The translations under genes were made by a program, and so were the position numbers. The notes under the pieces are model-generated. The model ran no database searches. It worked only from the letters and a program-made list of their open reading frames with translations, and had not been told where the DNA came from. A stretch of DNA of 64,000 nt from the NCBI GenBank assembly GCA_963844835.1, contig CAWJPT010000003.1:17543-81542 (forward strand), read 5' to 3'. Numbering within the stretch: the stretch's first letter is position 1; every line of letters begins with the position of its first letter. Positions 1 through 9,042 of this stretch are shown here, in pieces. The stretch comes from an uncultured bacterium (GTDB lineage Bacteria > Actinomycetota > Acidimicrobiia > Spongiisociales > UBA5794).

Positions 1-562
1 GCACCCTCTCGACATATGGGGCAAACGGCTGGTTGGAGAGGCTGTGGTCATCTTTGATCATGTCGATGCCACCCAGTGCCAGATCAAAAGCCTCGGCGGC
101 GAGACGCTCTGACGAGAGGCCCATCGGCTTGAGGGCAGTGGCCAGCAGAGGGCGCTCCGGTGCATCGAACAGCCGACGCAGACCGGAGATGCCAAACCGA
201 GGCCCCTGGAATCGCGCCAGCAGCGACGGCGGGAGGGTGAAATCGACCAGCCGGATCCCGGGGAGCAGGGCACTGTTGCCCCACAGCACATTCATCAGCT
301 GGGGAAGCTCGAATCCCGTTGTCTCGACCGCGTATGTGACAACCGCACGCGCTCGTGCTTCCCCGACCGGCTCGACAGACTCAACCCGACCAACGATGGA
401 TCGCTGAATGTCATCGTCGGGAACGAGATCGGCGGGAAACTCGATTGTCTGCTCGACGCGTAGCGCATCGGCTCTGGCTCCCGCCTCGGCAACATCGCCG
501 AAGAAGTCGTAAACCGCCTCGATGCGGTCGCCGCTGACTTCGAGGCTCGTGGGCTCGAGCAT
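1..562 (-). CDS. RuBisCO-like protein (form IV RLP), N-terminal ~187 codons; gene runs off the window start
   Basis: Not in the ORF track because it is open at the window edge. My translation from ATG 562..560 reads MLEPTSLEVSGDRIEAVYDFF...GPRFGISGLRRLFDAPERPLLATALKPMGLSSERLAAEAFDLALGGIDMIKDDHSLSNQPFAPYVERV, with no in-frame stop down to position 1. It matches the RuBisCO large-chain block RPLLG..KPKLGLS...GG.D..KDDE..NSQPF, but KPK is KPM and KDDE is KDDH. ATGA start/stop overlap with the upstream transketolase gene. Confidence 0.8.
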   Translation of the reverse strand, partial: MLEPTSLEVSGDRIEAVYDFFGDVAEAGARADALRVEQTIEFPADLVPDDDIQRSIVGRVESVEPVGEARARAVVTYAVETTGFELPQLMNVLWGNSALLPGIRLVDFTLPPSLLARFQGPRFGISGLRRLFDAPERPLLATALKPMGLSSERLAAEAFDLALGGIDMIKDDHSLSNQPFAPYVERV

Positions 563-1569
563 CAGAGGGCCTCGGCCTTCGCAAGGCTGTGCACCGCCTC
601 GATCCTGACCGCTTCCAGATCGGATTCGGTGACGCCGGTCGAGCGGCCGAGTAGCTCTTCGATGCCGCCGATCAGCGCTGGGGCGTCGAGACCGTACTCT
701 CTCATCAAGAACTGCCTGCTGGCACCGTGGGCGTATGTGTCCTCGAGTCCGAGCCGGACCAATCGCTTCCCGACGGCGTTTTCCGCCATGACCTCGGCAA
801 CGGCAGACCCGAGCCCACCGACGATGGTGTGGTTCTCCAGTGTGACCACACCGTGCTTGGCTCGTTTGATCGACTCGAGGATGAGCGGATCACGGAAAGG
901 CTTGTGCGTCGACACATGGATGTGGGTCATCCCCACCCCAGCCCCCGCAAGCGGGGCCGCAGCCCGTATTGCCTCCTCAGTCGTTATCCCTGAAGTGAAC
1001 ACCGTCACATCGTCGCCCTCGCTCAGCACCCGTACCCGGTCGAGCTGCATCGGCTCGTCCTTTGGGAACAGTCTTGGTACCTCGCCGCGCAGCATCCTGA
1101 TATAGACGGGACCGTCGACGGCGTGGGCAACGTCGAGGACACTCTCGACCTCGGTGGCGTCGCCCGTCTCCAGGACGGTCATGTTCGGTGTTGCCCGCAG
1201 GATCGAGATGTCCTCGATGGCCTGGTGGGTGACGCCGCCTGGTGTCGTGATGCCGGGCAAGAAGCCGACGAGCCGCACCGGGAGGTTCGGATATGCGATC
1301 GACATCGCCAGCTGATCGTAGGGGCGGCGATAGATGAACACGGCGAAGGTGTGAATCCACGGCTCGTAGCCCTCGCGAGCGAGACCGGCGGCAAAGCCCA
1401 TCATGTTCTGTTCCGCCATCTTCATCGGGAAGAACCGGTCGGGATAGGTGTCGCGCCAGTTGCCTACCTCGCTCGAGTTGGTGAGATCGGCGGTGAGCAC
1501 CACAACCTCGGGCTTGTCTGCGCTCCAGTCGATGAAGTTCTGGACGTGCGGCCGTTTCACGATCTCCAT
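562..1569 (-). CDS. Transketolase, C-terminal (pyrimidine-binding/C-terminal domain) subunit of a split transketolase
   Basis: 335-aa ORF. Typical split-TK B subunit features: ...VVLTADL..S, GIAEQNM-like MAEQNMMGFAAGLA, THIHVSTHKP. Lies 1 nt after the N-terminal subunit gene. Confidence 0.85.
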   Translation of the reverse strand: MEIVKRPHVQNFIDWSADKPEVVVLTADLTNSSEVGNWRDTYPDRFFPMKMAEQNMMGFAAGLAREGYEPWIHTFAVFIYRRPYDQLAMSIAYPNLPVRLVGFLPGITTPGGVTHQAIEDISILRATPNMTVLETGDATEVESVLDVAHAVDGPVYIRMLRGEVPRLFPKDEPMQLDRVRVLSEGDDVTVFTSGITTEEAIRAAAPLAGAGVGMTHIHVSTHKPFRDPLILESIKRAKHGVVTLENHTIVGGLGSAVAEVMAENAVGKRLVRLGLEDTYAHGASRQFLMREYGLDAPALIGGIEELLGRSTGVTESDLEAVRIEAVHSLAKAEAL

Positions 1570-1570
1570 G

Positions 1571-2470
1571 TCAACTCACCATCTCTTCGTAAACCGCCTC
1601 GTACTGGGCCCTCTCTTCGGGCGAAGTGAATCGCAGGTAGTGCAGCAAGGGGGCACGCTCCCCGAACAGCGGTAGCCCGCGCACCGGGTCGGTGCGGGCG
1701 ATGACGAAGTGCGGCTTGCCGGTATTCATGGTCATGGCTTCGTCGAGGGTGTCGAGCTCGTGGCCGTTGCTCTCGACCGCACTGGCACCGAAGGCGCGGA
1801 TCCGGATCGTCAGGGGATCAGCGGTCTCCACTTCGTCGAGGCATCCGTCACACTGTTGCCCGTTGGCATCGACGATGACACGGAGGTTGTCCAACCCGAA
1901 GCGAGCAATCTGCTCGACCGCTTCCCACGTCTGTCCTTCCTGGAACTCACCATCGGACATCATCACCCAGACCTTGCCCGTGTCGCCGCGGACCTTCCTG
2001 GCGAGGGCGATGCCCCCTGCCTGGCTGAGCGCCTGGGCGAGTGAGCCGGTGGTCGTCTCGACGCCGGGAGAGTGCTCCGCACCGATCATCTCGACGGTGC
2101 TCCCGTCCTCGTTGAAGTGATCCAGCCCGGTCTCGGCAAGCCTGCCCACTTCGATGAGGGTGGCATAGAGCACGAGGGCATAGTGGGCTGGGGAAAAGAT
2201 GAACCGGTCGTACTCGGGCCCTTTCGGGCCGTTGTAGTCGGCGCCTGTGAAGAACGGGACACCGGGGCCGGGCACACCGATGAACTTTCGTGGCTCCAGC
2301 GGAGCCTGGCTCGGGCCGAGGTTCATCACCCGCGAATACAACATGGCGAACATCTCGGCTGACGAACAGGCCTGGCTCATGTAGCCGCCGTTGTTCTTCA
2401 GCACATGCTCGAGCACGCGCCTGCGAATCCCGTCGGCAACCGCCTGGGTGCTTTCCTTCCAATCGCTCAA
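1571..2470 (-). CDS. Transketolase, N-terminal thiamine-diphosphate-binding subunit
   Basis: 299-aa ORF with a TPP-binding GDG-type block (VWVMMSDGEFQEGQTWEA) and GSLAQALSQAGG. Paired with the C-terminal subunit gene. Confidence 0.85.
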   Translation of the reverse strand: MSDWKESTQAVADGIRRRVLEHVLKNNGGYMSQACSSAEMFAMLYSRVMNLGPSQAPLEPRKFIGVPGPGVPFFTGADYNGPKGPEYDRFIFSPAHYALVLYATLIEVGRLAETGLDHFNEDGSTVEMIGAEHSPGVETTTGSLAQALSQAGGIALARKVRGDTGKVWVMMSDGEFQEGQTWEAVEQIARFGLDNLRVIVDANGQQCDGCLDEVETADPLTIRIRAFGASAVESNGHELDTLDEAMTMNTGKPHFVIARTDPVRGLPLFGERAPLLHYLRFTSPEERAQYEAVYEEMVS

Positions 2471-2472
2471 AA

Positions 2473-3549
2473 TCAGCCTCCTTGCTCGAACGCGGCGCGG
2501 ATCGACTGCTCATACGGCGGCTTGAGCACCCCGGCATCGGTGATGATTGCGGTGATCAGCTCGTGGGGGGTCACATCGAATGCCGGATTCCATACCGCGA
2601 TGTCGTCGGGGGCGGTCGGTTCGGACCGCCACCTGGTCATCTCGTGCGCCGGTCTCAGCTCGATCTCTATCTCGGCACCGCTGGCAATCGAGGTATCGAA
2701 CGTCGAAAGCGGGGCAGCAACGTAGAACGGAATCCCGGCGTACTGTGCGTTGACGGCGTGGGTGAAGGTCCCGATCTTGTTTGCGGTATCGCCATTGGCC
2801 GCAATCCGGTCGGCGCCAACGATCACGGCCTCGACCTTCCTCTGCGCCATCGCCGTCGAGCTGGCCCCGTCGGGCATCAGCGTCACGTCGATGCCTGCGT
2901 CGTGCAACTCCCATGTGGTCAGACGGGCTCCCTGGAGGAGCGGACGTGTCTCCGATGAGAGCACGTGGACGGGAAGACCGGCGGCAGCCTTGGCATAGAT
3001 GACCCCGAGTGCGGTCCCCCAGCCTGCCGTAGCAAGCCGGCCGGTGTTGCAGTGGGTCATGATTCTCGTGATCCCGGACAGCTCCTCCATCCCGTACAGC
3101 CCCATCCGGGTGCACGCGTCGCGATCCTCGGCAATGATCGCCTCGGCCTCCTCGAGCGCCAGCATCCGCACCTCGGCGGCGTCACCGCCCGATGAGGCGG
3201 CATCACGAACCCGCTTCACGGCCCAACTCAAGTTGACCGCGGTGGGTCGAGCGTTGCCGATGGTCTCGACGAGCTCGTTCAGGGCCGCCACCGCATCAGC
3301 AGCGGACTCCGGATTGCGCTCATCAAGACCGACAACCATCCCGAGCGCGCCACAAGACCCGATCGCCGGTGCGCCGCGCACAGCAAGCCGGTAGATGACG
3401 TCGACCACCTCGTCAACCGACCGGAGCTGGAGGACCTCCAGCTCCGAAGGCAGCTTGGTCTGGTCGATGATCTCGATGTGATCGTCGACCCATGCCACCG
3501 ATGGCTGCAGCTTGGCGAGAAAGTCGTCGGCGAGCGATGTATCCAACAT
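2473..3549 (-). CDS. mtnA: S-methyl-5-thioribose-1-phosphate isomerase (eIF-2B alpha/beta/delta family)
   Basis: 358-aa ORF. Family hallmarks: RGAPAIG, RPTAVNLSWAV, MTHCNTGRLAT, GADRIAANGDTANKIGT, FDVTPHELITAIITDAG. ATGA overlap with the mtnK stop. Confidence 0.85.
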   Translation of the reverse strand: MLDTSLADDFLAKLQPSVAWVDDHIEIIDQTKLPSELEVLQLRSVDEVVDVIYRLAVRGAPAIGSCGALGMVVGLDERNPESAADAVAALNELVETIGNARPTAVNLSWAVKRVRDAASSGGDAAEVRMLALEEAEAIIAEDRDACTRMGLYGMEELSGITRIMTHCNTGRLATAGWGTALGVIYAKAAAGLPVHVLSSETRPLLQGARLTTWELHDAGIDVTLMPDGASSTAMAQRKVEAVIVGADRIAANGDTANKIGTFTHAVNAQYAGIPFYVAAPLSTFDTSIASGAEIEIELRPAHEMTRWRSEPTAPDDIAVWNPAFDVTPHELITAIITDAGVLKPPYEQSIRAAFEQGG

Positions 3550-4763
3550 CAGCTCAAGACCTCCGTGCTGATACCGCCGAACACCTCATTGGCCTCGGCG
3601 ACCCTCTTCAGGCTGTCGCGCTCCTTGATCCACGTGCTTGCCGTTCTGAGCACCATCGTGGCGGCCTTGACATGCTCCTCATGCGGTAGCTGCTGGATAT
3701 CGGTGACCTTGGCAAGACCGATGATGCGTCTGTTCGCTTTGCAGCCGCCGAAACCGATCGTGTCCTTGGCCACCTGAGCCAGCCATGCGTCGAGGAAACT
3801 GTCGGTCCAGGTCTTGTCGAGACGGTCCGGCCACAACCGGCGCATTTCTGCCTCGAACGCATCCCAGGTCTCGGGCCCGAGGTCGGCAAGCCATTGCTGG
3901 AACTCGGCAGGACGGTCCAGGACCGCAGCTCTGGCCCGGGCGGCCAGATAGTTGCCGAACAATGCGCCGAGGTCGAAGCCAACCGGGCCGTAGTAGCAGA
4001 ACTCCGGGTCGATGACCTTGCACTCGCCACCGTCGGCGCCGTGGCGAACCATCACAGAGCCGGTGTGGAGGTCCCCATGGACCAGCGCCTGTCCTGCGGT
4101 CATGAACTTGTACTTGAGCATCCCGACCTCGGCACGCAATGTGGCGTCTGCCCGCATGCCCTCCACCTCGGGGATCAGCTCGTCGACGTAGCTGTTGTTG
4201 GGAACGTCGATGTACGGTTCGGTGAAGACGAGGTCTTCTGTGATCTTGCACAGCTCGGGGTTGATCGCATCGGCGAGCCGCTGCTTGATCTCTCCCTGGT
4301 CGATCGTGAAGAATGATGTGTAGAAGGCCAGGTTGGCAACGTAACGTCCGAGTTGGGCACCGACGCCGGGGTGGGCAATCCCCTCGTTCAGCTGGGTTCG
4401 CCACATGTCCCAGCCCATGAGATTCTCCATCGCCAGCACGTAGTTGTCCTTGTCAACTCCGTAGTAGGCGGGGACCAGGTCCGGCACATGGTCGGCTGCG
4501 GCGGACAGACCCCTCGCCTCGGCGAGCACCCGCTCGGGAGTGAGCGGCCATCCTTCCCCGACCAACCGTACATAAGGCAGGGATTGCTTCAAGCAGATGC
4601 CGGCGCCGTTTGCATCTTTGCAGACGAAAACCAGATTCAGGTTGCCGTCACCAACCTCGGACACTTCCAGGCTGGATGTGTCGACGATGCCGTCCAGCCG
4701 GGGGGTCTTGTCGATGTATGCCGGGACCGTTTCCGGGGTGAGGATCTCGTACTCGGGGGCCAT
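3549..4763 (-). CDS. mtnK: S-methyl-5-thioribose kinase (aminoglycoside-phosphotransferase-fold sugar kinase)
   Basis: 404-aa ORF. The N-terminus EVGDGNLNLVF, LVHGDLHTGSVM and IDPEFCYYGP are the MtnK signature blocks. Confidence 0.85.
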   Translation of the reverse strand: MAPEYEILTPETVPAYIDKTPRLDGIVDTSSLEVSEVGDGNLNLVFVCKDANGAGICLKQSLPYVRLVGEGWPLTPERVLAEARGLSAAADHVPDLVPAYYGVDKDNYVLAMENLMGWDMWRTQLNEGIAHPGVGAQLGRYVANLAFYTSFFTIDQGEIKQRLADAINPELCKITEDLVFTEPYIDVPNNSYVDELIPEVEGMRADATLRAEVGMLKYKFMTAGQALVHGDLHTGSVMVRHGADGGECKVIDPEFCYYGPVGFDLGALFGNYLAARARAAVLDRPAEFQQWLADLGPETWDAFEAEMRRLWPDRLDKTWTDSFLDAWLAQVAKDTIGFGGCKANRRIIGLAKVTDIQQLPHEEHVKAATMVLRTASTWIKERDSLKRVAEANEVFGGISTEVLS

Positions 4764-4781
4764 CCTTATTCTCCTCCGCTT

Positions 4782-5063
4782 CTACTTCTCTGGGTCGAGC
4801 GCATGAGCGCCCAGCGCGGTTACCTCGATGTCCATCCAGGGGAACAACGGCAGCGAGCTGAGGATCTCATGGAGCTCCTCCGTGCTGTCGACCCGGTAGA
4901 GGGCGTAAACCGCCCGCCGTCCCGGGATTCTCCATATGCGGCGCAGCTTGCCCGCATCGACCAACTCCTGACCACGAACCTTCTCGGCCGCCTTGACTGC
5001 AGCCAGCCGGTCCGGGTCCATGTCCGGGGATATGTTCTGCTCGATGCGGGCAAGGAATTCCAC
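4782..5063 (-). CDS. Muconolactone delta-isomerase family protein (dimeric alpha+beta barrel), function in this context unknown
   Basis: 93-aa ORF. DMDPDRLAAVKAAEK...LRRIWRIPG...LHEILSSLPLFPWMDIEVTAL aligns by eye with CatC (DMDP..LKADEK..LWRIAG..LH..L..LPLFPYMDIEV). Confidence 0.75.
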   Translation of the reverse strand: MEFLARIEQNISPDMDPDRLAAVKAAEKVRGQELVDAGKLRRIWRIPGRRAVYALYRVDSTEELHEILSSLPLFPWMDIEVTALGAHALDPEK

Positions 5064-5065
5064 GC

Positions 5066-5860
5066 TCAGACTCCTACTGGTTGCGCGGCCACCATGGTGT
5101 TGGCCTCATCAGCCGACGCACCGTCGTGGATCACCGCTCGCAGACCCTTGGCGACACCGACCGGGTCATAGTGTTGCCAGATGTTGCGGCCGAGATTGAC
5201 ACCGATGGCGCCACGATCGATACCGTCACGTACGAACGAGAACACCTCGCGGGCGTCGTCGGTCTTCGGACCGCCTGCGATGACCACCGGTGCCGGACAA
5301 GACGAGGTCACCTTCTCGAAATCCTCGCACCAGTAGGTCTTGACGACACGAGCACCCAGCTCGGCAGCGATCCGGCAGCTCAATGCCAGGTAGCGAGCAT
5401 CTCTCTTCTCGAGCTCTTTGCCGACGGCGGTGACTGCCATCACCGGGATACCGTACCGCTCATACAGATTCACGGCGCGGGCCAAGTTGCCGAGCGACTC
5501 GCGCTCATATTCCGAGCCTACGAAAATCGAAATTCCGACCGCCGAGGCACCCATCCTGATGGCTTCCTCGGGGTCGACGACCAACTGCTCGTTCTCCAGT
5601 GAGGGGCCGACGATGCTGGTGCCGCCGCTGATCCTGAGGATCACATTTGGCTTGGTCTCCGGAGGTATCGCATTCCGCAGCACACCCCTGGTGACAAAGA
5701 GGGCGTCTGCAATCGGAGTGAGGTCCTTCACGGTCTCGCCCGGACGCTCCAGCATGCGTGTGGGTCCCAAGAAGTATCCGTGGTCGATGGCCAGGAAGAA
5801 CGCGTGACCCGTCTCGGGTGAGATGAGATCCGCCATCCTGCGCTCCATACCCCAGTCCAT
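5066..5860 (-). CDS. LsrF-like class I aldolase/thiolase (DhnA/FbaB-DeoC family)
   Basis: 264-aa ORF. The blocks DWGMERR...LAIDHGYFLGPT..LERP, TRGVLRNAIPP, VGSEYERES, MAVTAVGKE, RIAAELGARVVKTYW, CPAPVVIAGGPK and GVNLGRNIWQ parallel E. coli LsrF block for block, from my memory of that sequence. This includes the Schiff-base Lys context (I/V)KTY. Confidence 0.8.
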   Translation of the reverse strand: MDWGMERRMADLISPETGHAFFLAIDHGYFLGPTRMLERPGETVKDLTPIADALFVTRGVLRNAIPPETKPNVILRISGGTSIVGPSLENEQLVVDPEEAIRMGASAVGISIFVGSEYERESLGNLARAVNLYERYGIPVMAVTAVGKELEKRDARYLALSCRIAAELGARVVKTYWCEDFEKVTSSCPAPVVIAGGPKTDDAREVFSFVRDGIDRGAIGVNLGRNIWQHYDPVGVAKGLRAVIHDGASADEANTMVAAQPVGV

Positions 5861-5928
5861 GTTCCATCCTCCAATCCCCTGTAATCAGGGGCTAGCTGTC
5901 TTGTTGATCTTGTGTGGCTCGTGGTCCG

Positions 5929-7897
5929 TCAGATAACGCGCTCGTTGCCACCGTCGATCGGGATGTGGGCACCGGTAATCGGGTAGAACACATCGCCGAG
6001 CATGGTGGCAACGACCTCGCCGACGGCAGCACTCGTTATTTCGACACCCATGAGGTTGCGTCGCTTGTACTCCTCGATCGTCATCCCGTAACGGGAGGCC
6101 CGCTCGGCCAGCAGCTCAGGGGTCCACAACGCCGTATCGAAGACGGCGTCGGGATGGACGGAGTTGACCCGGATCCCATCGCCCGCCCACTCGAGGGCCG
6201 CAACCCGCGCAATCTGGTTGGCCGCGGTCTTCGACGCCGAGTATGCGCTCGCACCGGGACCGGGGGCACGCACGTTCTTGGATCCGATGACCGCAACACG
6301 ACCGCCGCCCGGCGCTTGCAGGAGGAGAGGGTGTATCAGCGAGAGCAGCTGAATCAGCCCGTCGACATTGACGGACATGGCTCTGCGCCAGGCGGATGGG
6401 TCGTGTGCGGAGATCGGGGAAGACTCGGGGAAGAGGCCTGCAGCCGCAACCAGCATGTCGACGCCGCCGAATCGCTCGACGCCGACATCGAGAGCCGTCG
6501 CGGTCTGCTCGACCGACGAGAGGTCACACGGGACACCGAGGAAGGCAGGGTCGTCTGTCATCTCACTGACGGCCGGGTTGATGTCGAGCCCGATGACGGC
6601 AGCCCCTCTGGCCAGCAGGGCAAGGGCACAGCCGCGACCGATTCCCGAGTTTGCGCCCGTCACCACGGCGACCTCGCCGGTGAACTCACCTTCGTGGGGG
6701 ACGAGATCGAGCTTGAGCTGCTCCAATTCCCAGTACTCGAAGTCGAACATGTCCTGTGAAGAGAGCGCCGAGTACCCACCGAGACCTTCGGATTGCTCGA
6801 TGACGTCGATGATCTGCAGGTAGATGTCGCCTGCCGCCTGCTCGGCGTCGATGTTGGGCCCCGCCGTGACCATCCCGAACTCAGGGTCGAGGATCACCCG
6901 GGGCGCCGGATCCAGCATGCGCAAGGGTCTCCCCGCTACGTGCGACTCGAAATAGGTGAGGTAGTCCTTGGCGTATGTCCCCACGTCCCGGCCGAGCAGC
7001 GGGACCCGCTTGGTCCAAATCACGTGATCGGGCGTGGCAACGCCTTGTTGGCTGACCACACCGAGATCCGGTCGTTGCGAGAACGCCCAGCTGACGTCGT
7101 CACGATGACGGCGGACGATGCACGGCCTCCCGGCCGCATCCGAGACATCGCGACGTAACCTGGCGAGTTCGACACGGTTGATTTCCGGCGGCCCGCCGGC
7201 CGGGGTGGGTGATTTGCCACCGACCGAATGAGCCGCCAGGTAAGCCTCTGCGGCCGAAATGAGATCGACCATACGTTCATAGGCGACGTGCGGCGTCTCC
7301 CCGAAGGTGAAGATGCCGTGGTTCATCAGCACGACGGCCTCTGTCTCGTCTGTCGCCGATTCGGCGTAGGCGCGCGCTGCCGCGGTGGCGACTCTGAAGC
7401 CGGACATCGCATACGGAACCACGACGGCCCTTTCACCGTATAGCTCCCTTACCCGGTCTTCACCGTTGACGGTGTTTGAGATTGCCAGCAGGGCGTTTGG
7501 GTGAGCATGCTGCACCGCCGTTTCCGGGATGACGGCGTGGAGGATCGCTTCGACCGAGGGGTTGGCTGCGGTCACGTCGAGCCGGGCGCCCTTCAGCTCG
7601 TTGAGCATCGCGGTGTCGGATAGGTCGTCGAGCTCAACGAGTCGTCGCACCCGATTGAGATCGAGCGGGGAGAACCCTTCGACCTCGATGTCGGCGAGGT
7701 CCCATCCGCTCGCCTTCACATAGAGCACGTCGATCGGCTCTCCGTAGAGATTCCGCTCGGAGACCTTCACCGACGTGTTGCCACCACCGTGGAGCACCAG
7801 GGTTCGTATCGGCCCCCAGGAGCTTCGAGGCGTATACGCACTCCTCGAGCAGGCCTTCACAGGCCGCTGCCTGCTCCTCGTTCCACCGGTTCTGCAT
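5929..7897 (-). CDS. Bifunctional class II aldolase/adducin-domain + short-chain dehydrogenase (rhamnulose-1-phosphate aldolase/SDR type); frame broken near 7800-7815
   Basis: ORF 5929..7860 carries LVLHGGGNTSVKV (aldolase domain) and a C-terminal SDR (VAVVTGANSGIGRG, YSASKTA). The true N-terminus MQNRWNEEQAAACEGLLEECVYASKLLGAD lies in ORF 7634..7975 (ATG at 7897). The two frames join at a C/G run around 7805. Confidence 0.75.
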
Positions 7898-7925
7898 ATC
7901 TGCCTCTAGCTCCTTCGACCCACCG

Positions 7926-9042
7926 CTATTCGGTTTCGGCGAACTCGGGATACATCGCCAGAATCGACTCTTCACTTGCCTCGCTGATGCCGCGCTCGGT
8001 GATGATCCCGGTCACGTAGCGGCGCGGCGTCACGTCGAAGCCGAAGTTGGCGGCACCGACGCCTGGAGCAGCGGTCTGCGGCTCCACCTGTCTGCCGTCG
8101 AGCCACCCGGTGGTCTTGGTGACCTCGTGGCCTCCACGCTCCTCGATAGGGATCTCGGCTACGCCGTCGTGGAGCTTCGGATCGAGCGTGCTCGACGGCA
8201 GTGCCGCATAGAAAGGAACGCCGTTCTCCTTGGCGACGACGGCCTTCATGTAGGTGCCGATCTTGTTGGCAACGTCACCGCTGATCGTCGTGCGGTCGCT
8301 ACCGACGATGACCATGTCCACCATGCCGTGCTGGAGCAGGTGACCGGCGGCGTTGTCGGCGATGACGGTGAGCGGGATGCCTGCCTGATTGAGCTCCCAA
8401 GCGGTCAACCTGGCGCCCTGGTTGCGTGGGCGCGTCTCCGATACGTAGACGTGGATCGGGATACCCTCGGCGTGGGCCGCGTACATCGGGGCGGTCGCAG
8501 TGCCGTGCTCGACGAACGCCAACCAGCCGGCATTGCAGTGAGTCATGATGTTGACCGTCTCACCCTTGCGCCGGTAGATGTCCTCGATGACGCCGAGCCC
8601 GTGCTGTCCGATCGCGGCACAGTAGGCGACGTCCTCGTCGGCAATGGTTTCCGCCAGGGCTTTCGCTCTGGAGATCCGCTCGGCAGCATCTTCGATGCCG
8701 AGGATCTCTTTGAGCTGCCGTTGCACTGCCCAGGTGAGGTTGACCGCGGTGGGCCGACTCGCCTCCAGCTCGGTACCGGCGGCTCGCAGCGAGGCGTCGG
8801 CGTCGGCAGCGCCCATTCCGCCGCGTGGCCAGCGCGGCGAGGTACATGCCGTACCCGGCGGACACTCCGATGCACCCGGCACCGCGCACCACCATGTCGG
8901 CGATGACAGTGGTCATCTCCCCCGAGGTGCGGATGGATACTTCTTGATATTCGAAAGGCAGAAGCCGCTGGTCGATACAGACGACGGAGGTTGGGTCGTC
9001 CCGGTCGATCCAGATGGTCCTGTTCGCCGGCGTCTTGCTCAT
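7926..9042 (-). CDS. Second eIF-2B-family sugar-phosphate isomerase (MtnA / 5-deoxyribose-1-P isomerase / R15P-isomerase-like paralog); frame broken near 8820-8840
   Basis: The N-terminus MSKTPANRTIWIDRDDPTSVVCIDQRLLPFEYQEVSIRT...VVRGAGCIGVSAGYGMYLAAL is in ORF 8560..9042. The remainder (RPTAVNLTWAV, MTHCNAGWLA, GSDRTTISGDVANKIGT, FDVTPRRYVTGIITERG) is in ORF 7926..8882. ATGA overlap with the permease stop. Confidence 0.75.

Noticed and set aside
1-562. Bona fide RuBisCO large subunit (CO2 fixation)
   Set aside because: K177 and E204 equivalents are replaced (KPM, KDDH). No small-subunit, PRK or carboxysome genes are present. The context is sugar-phosphate salvage, so I call it an RLP.
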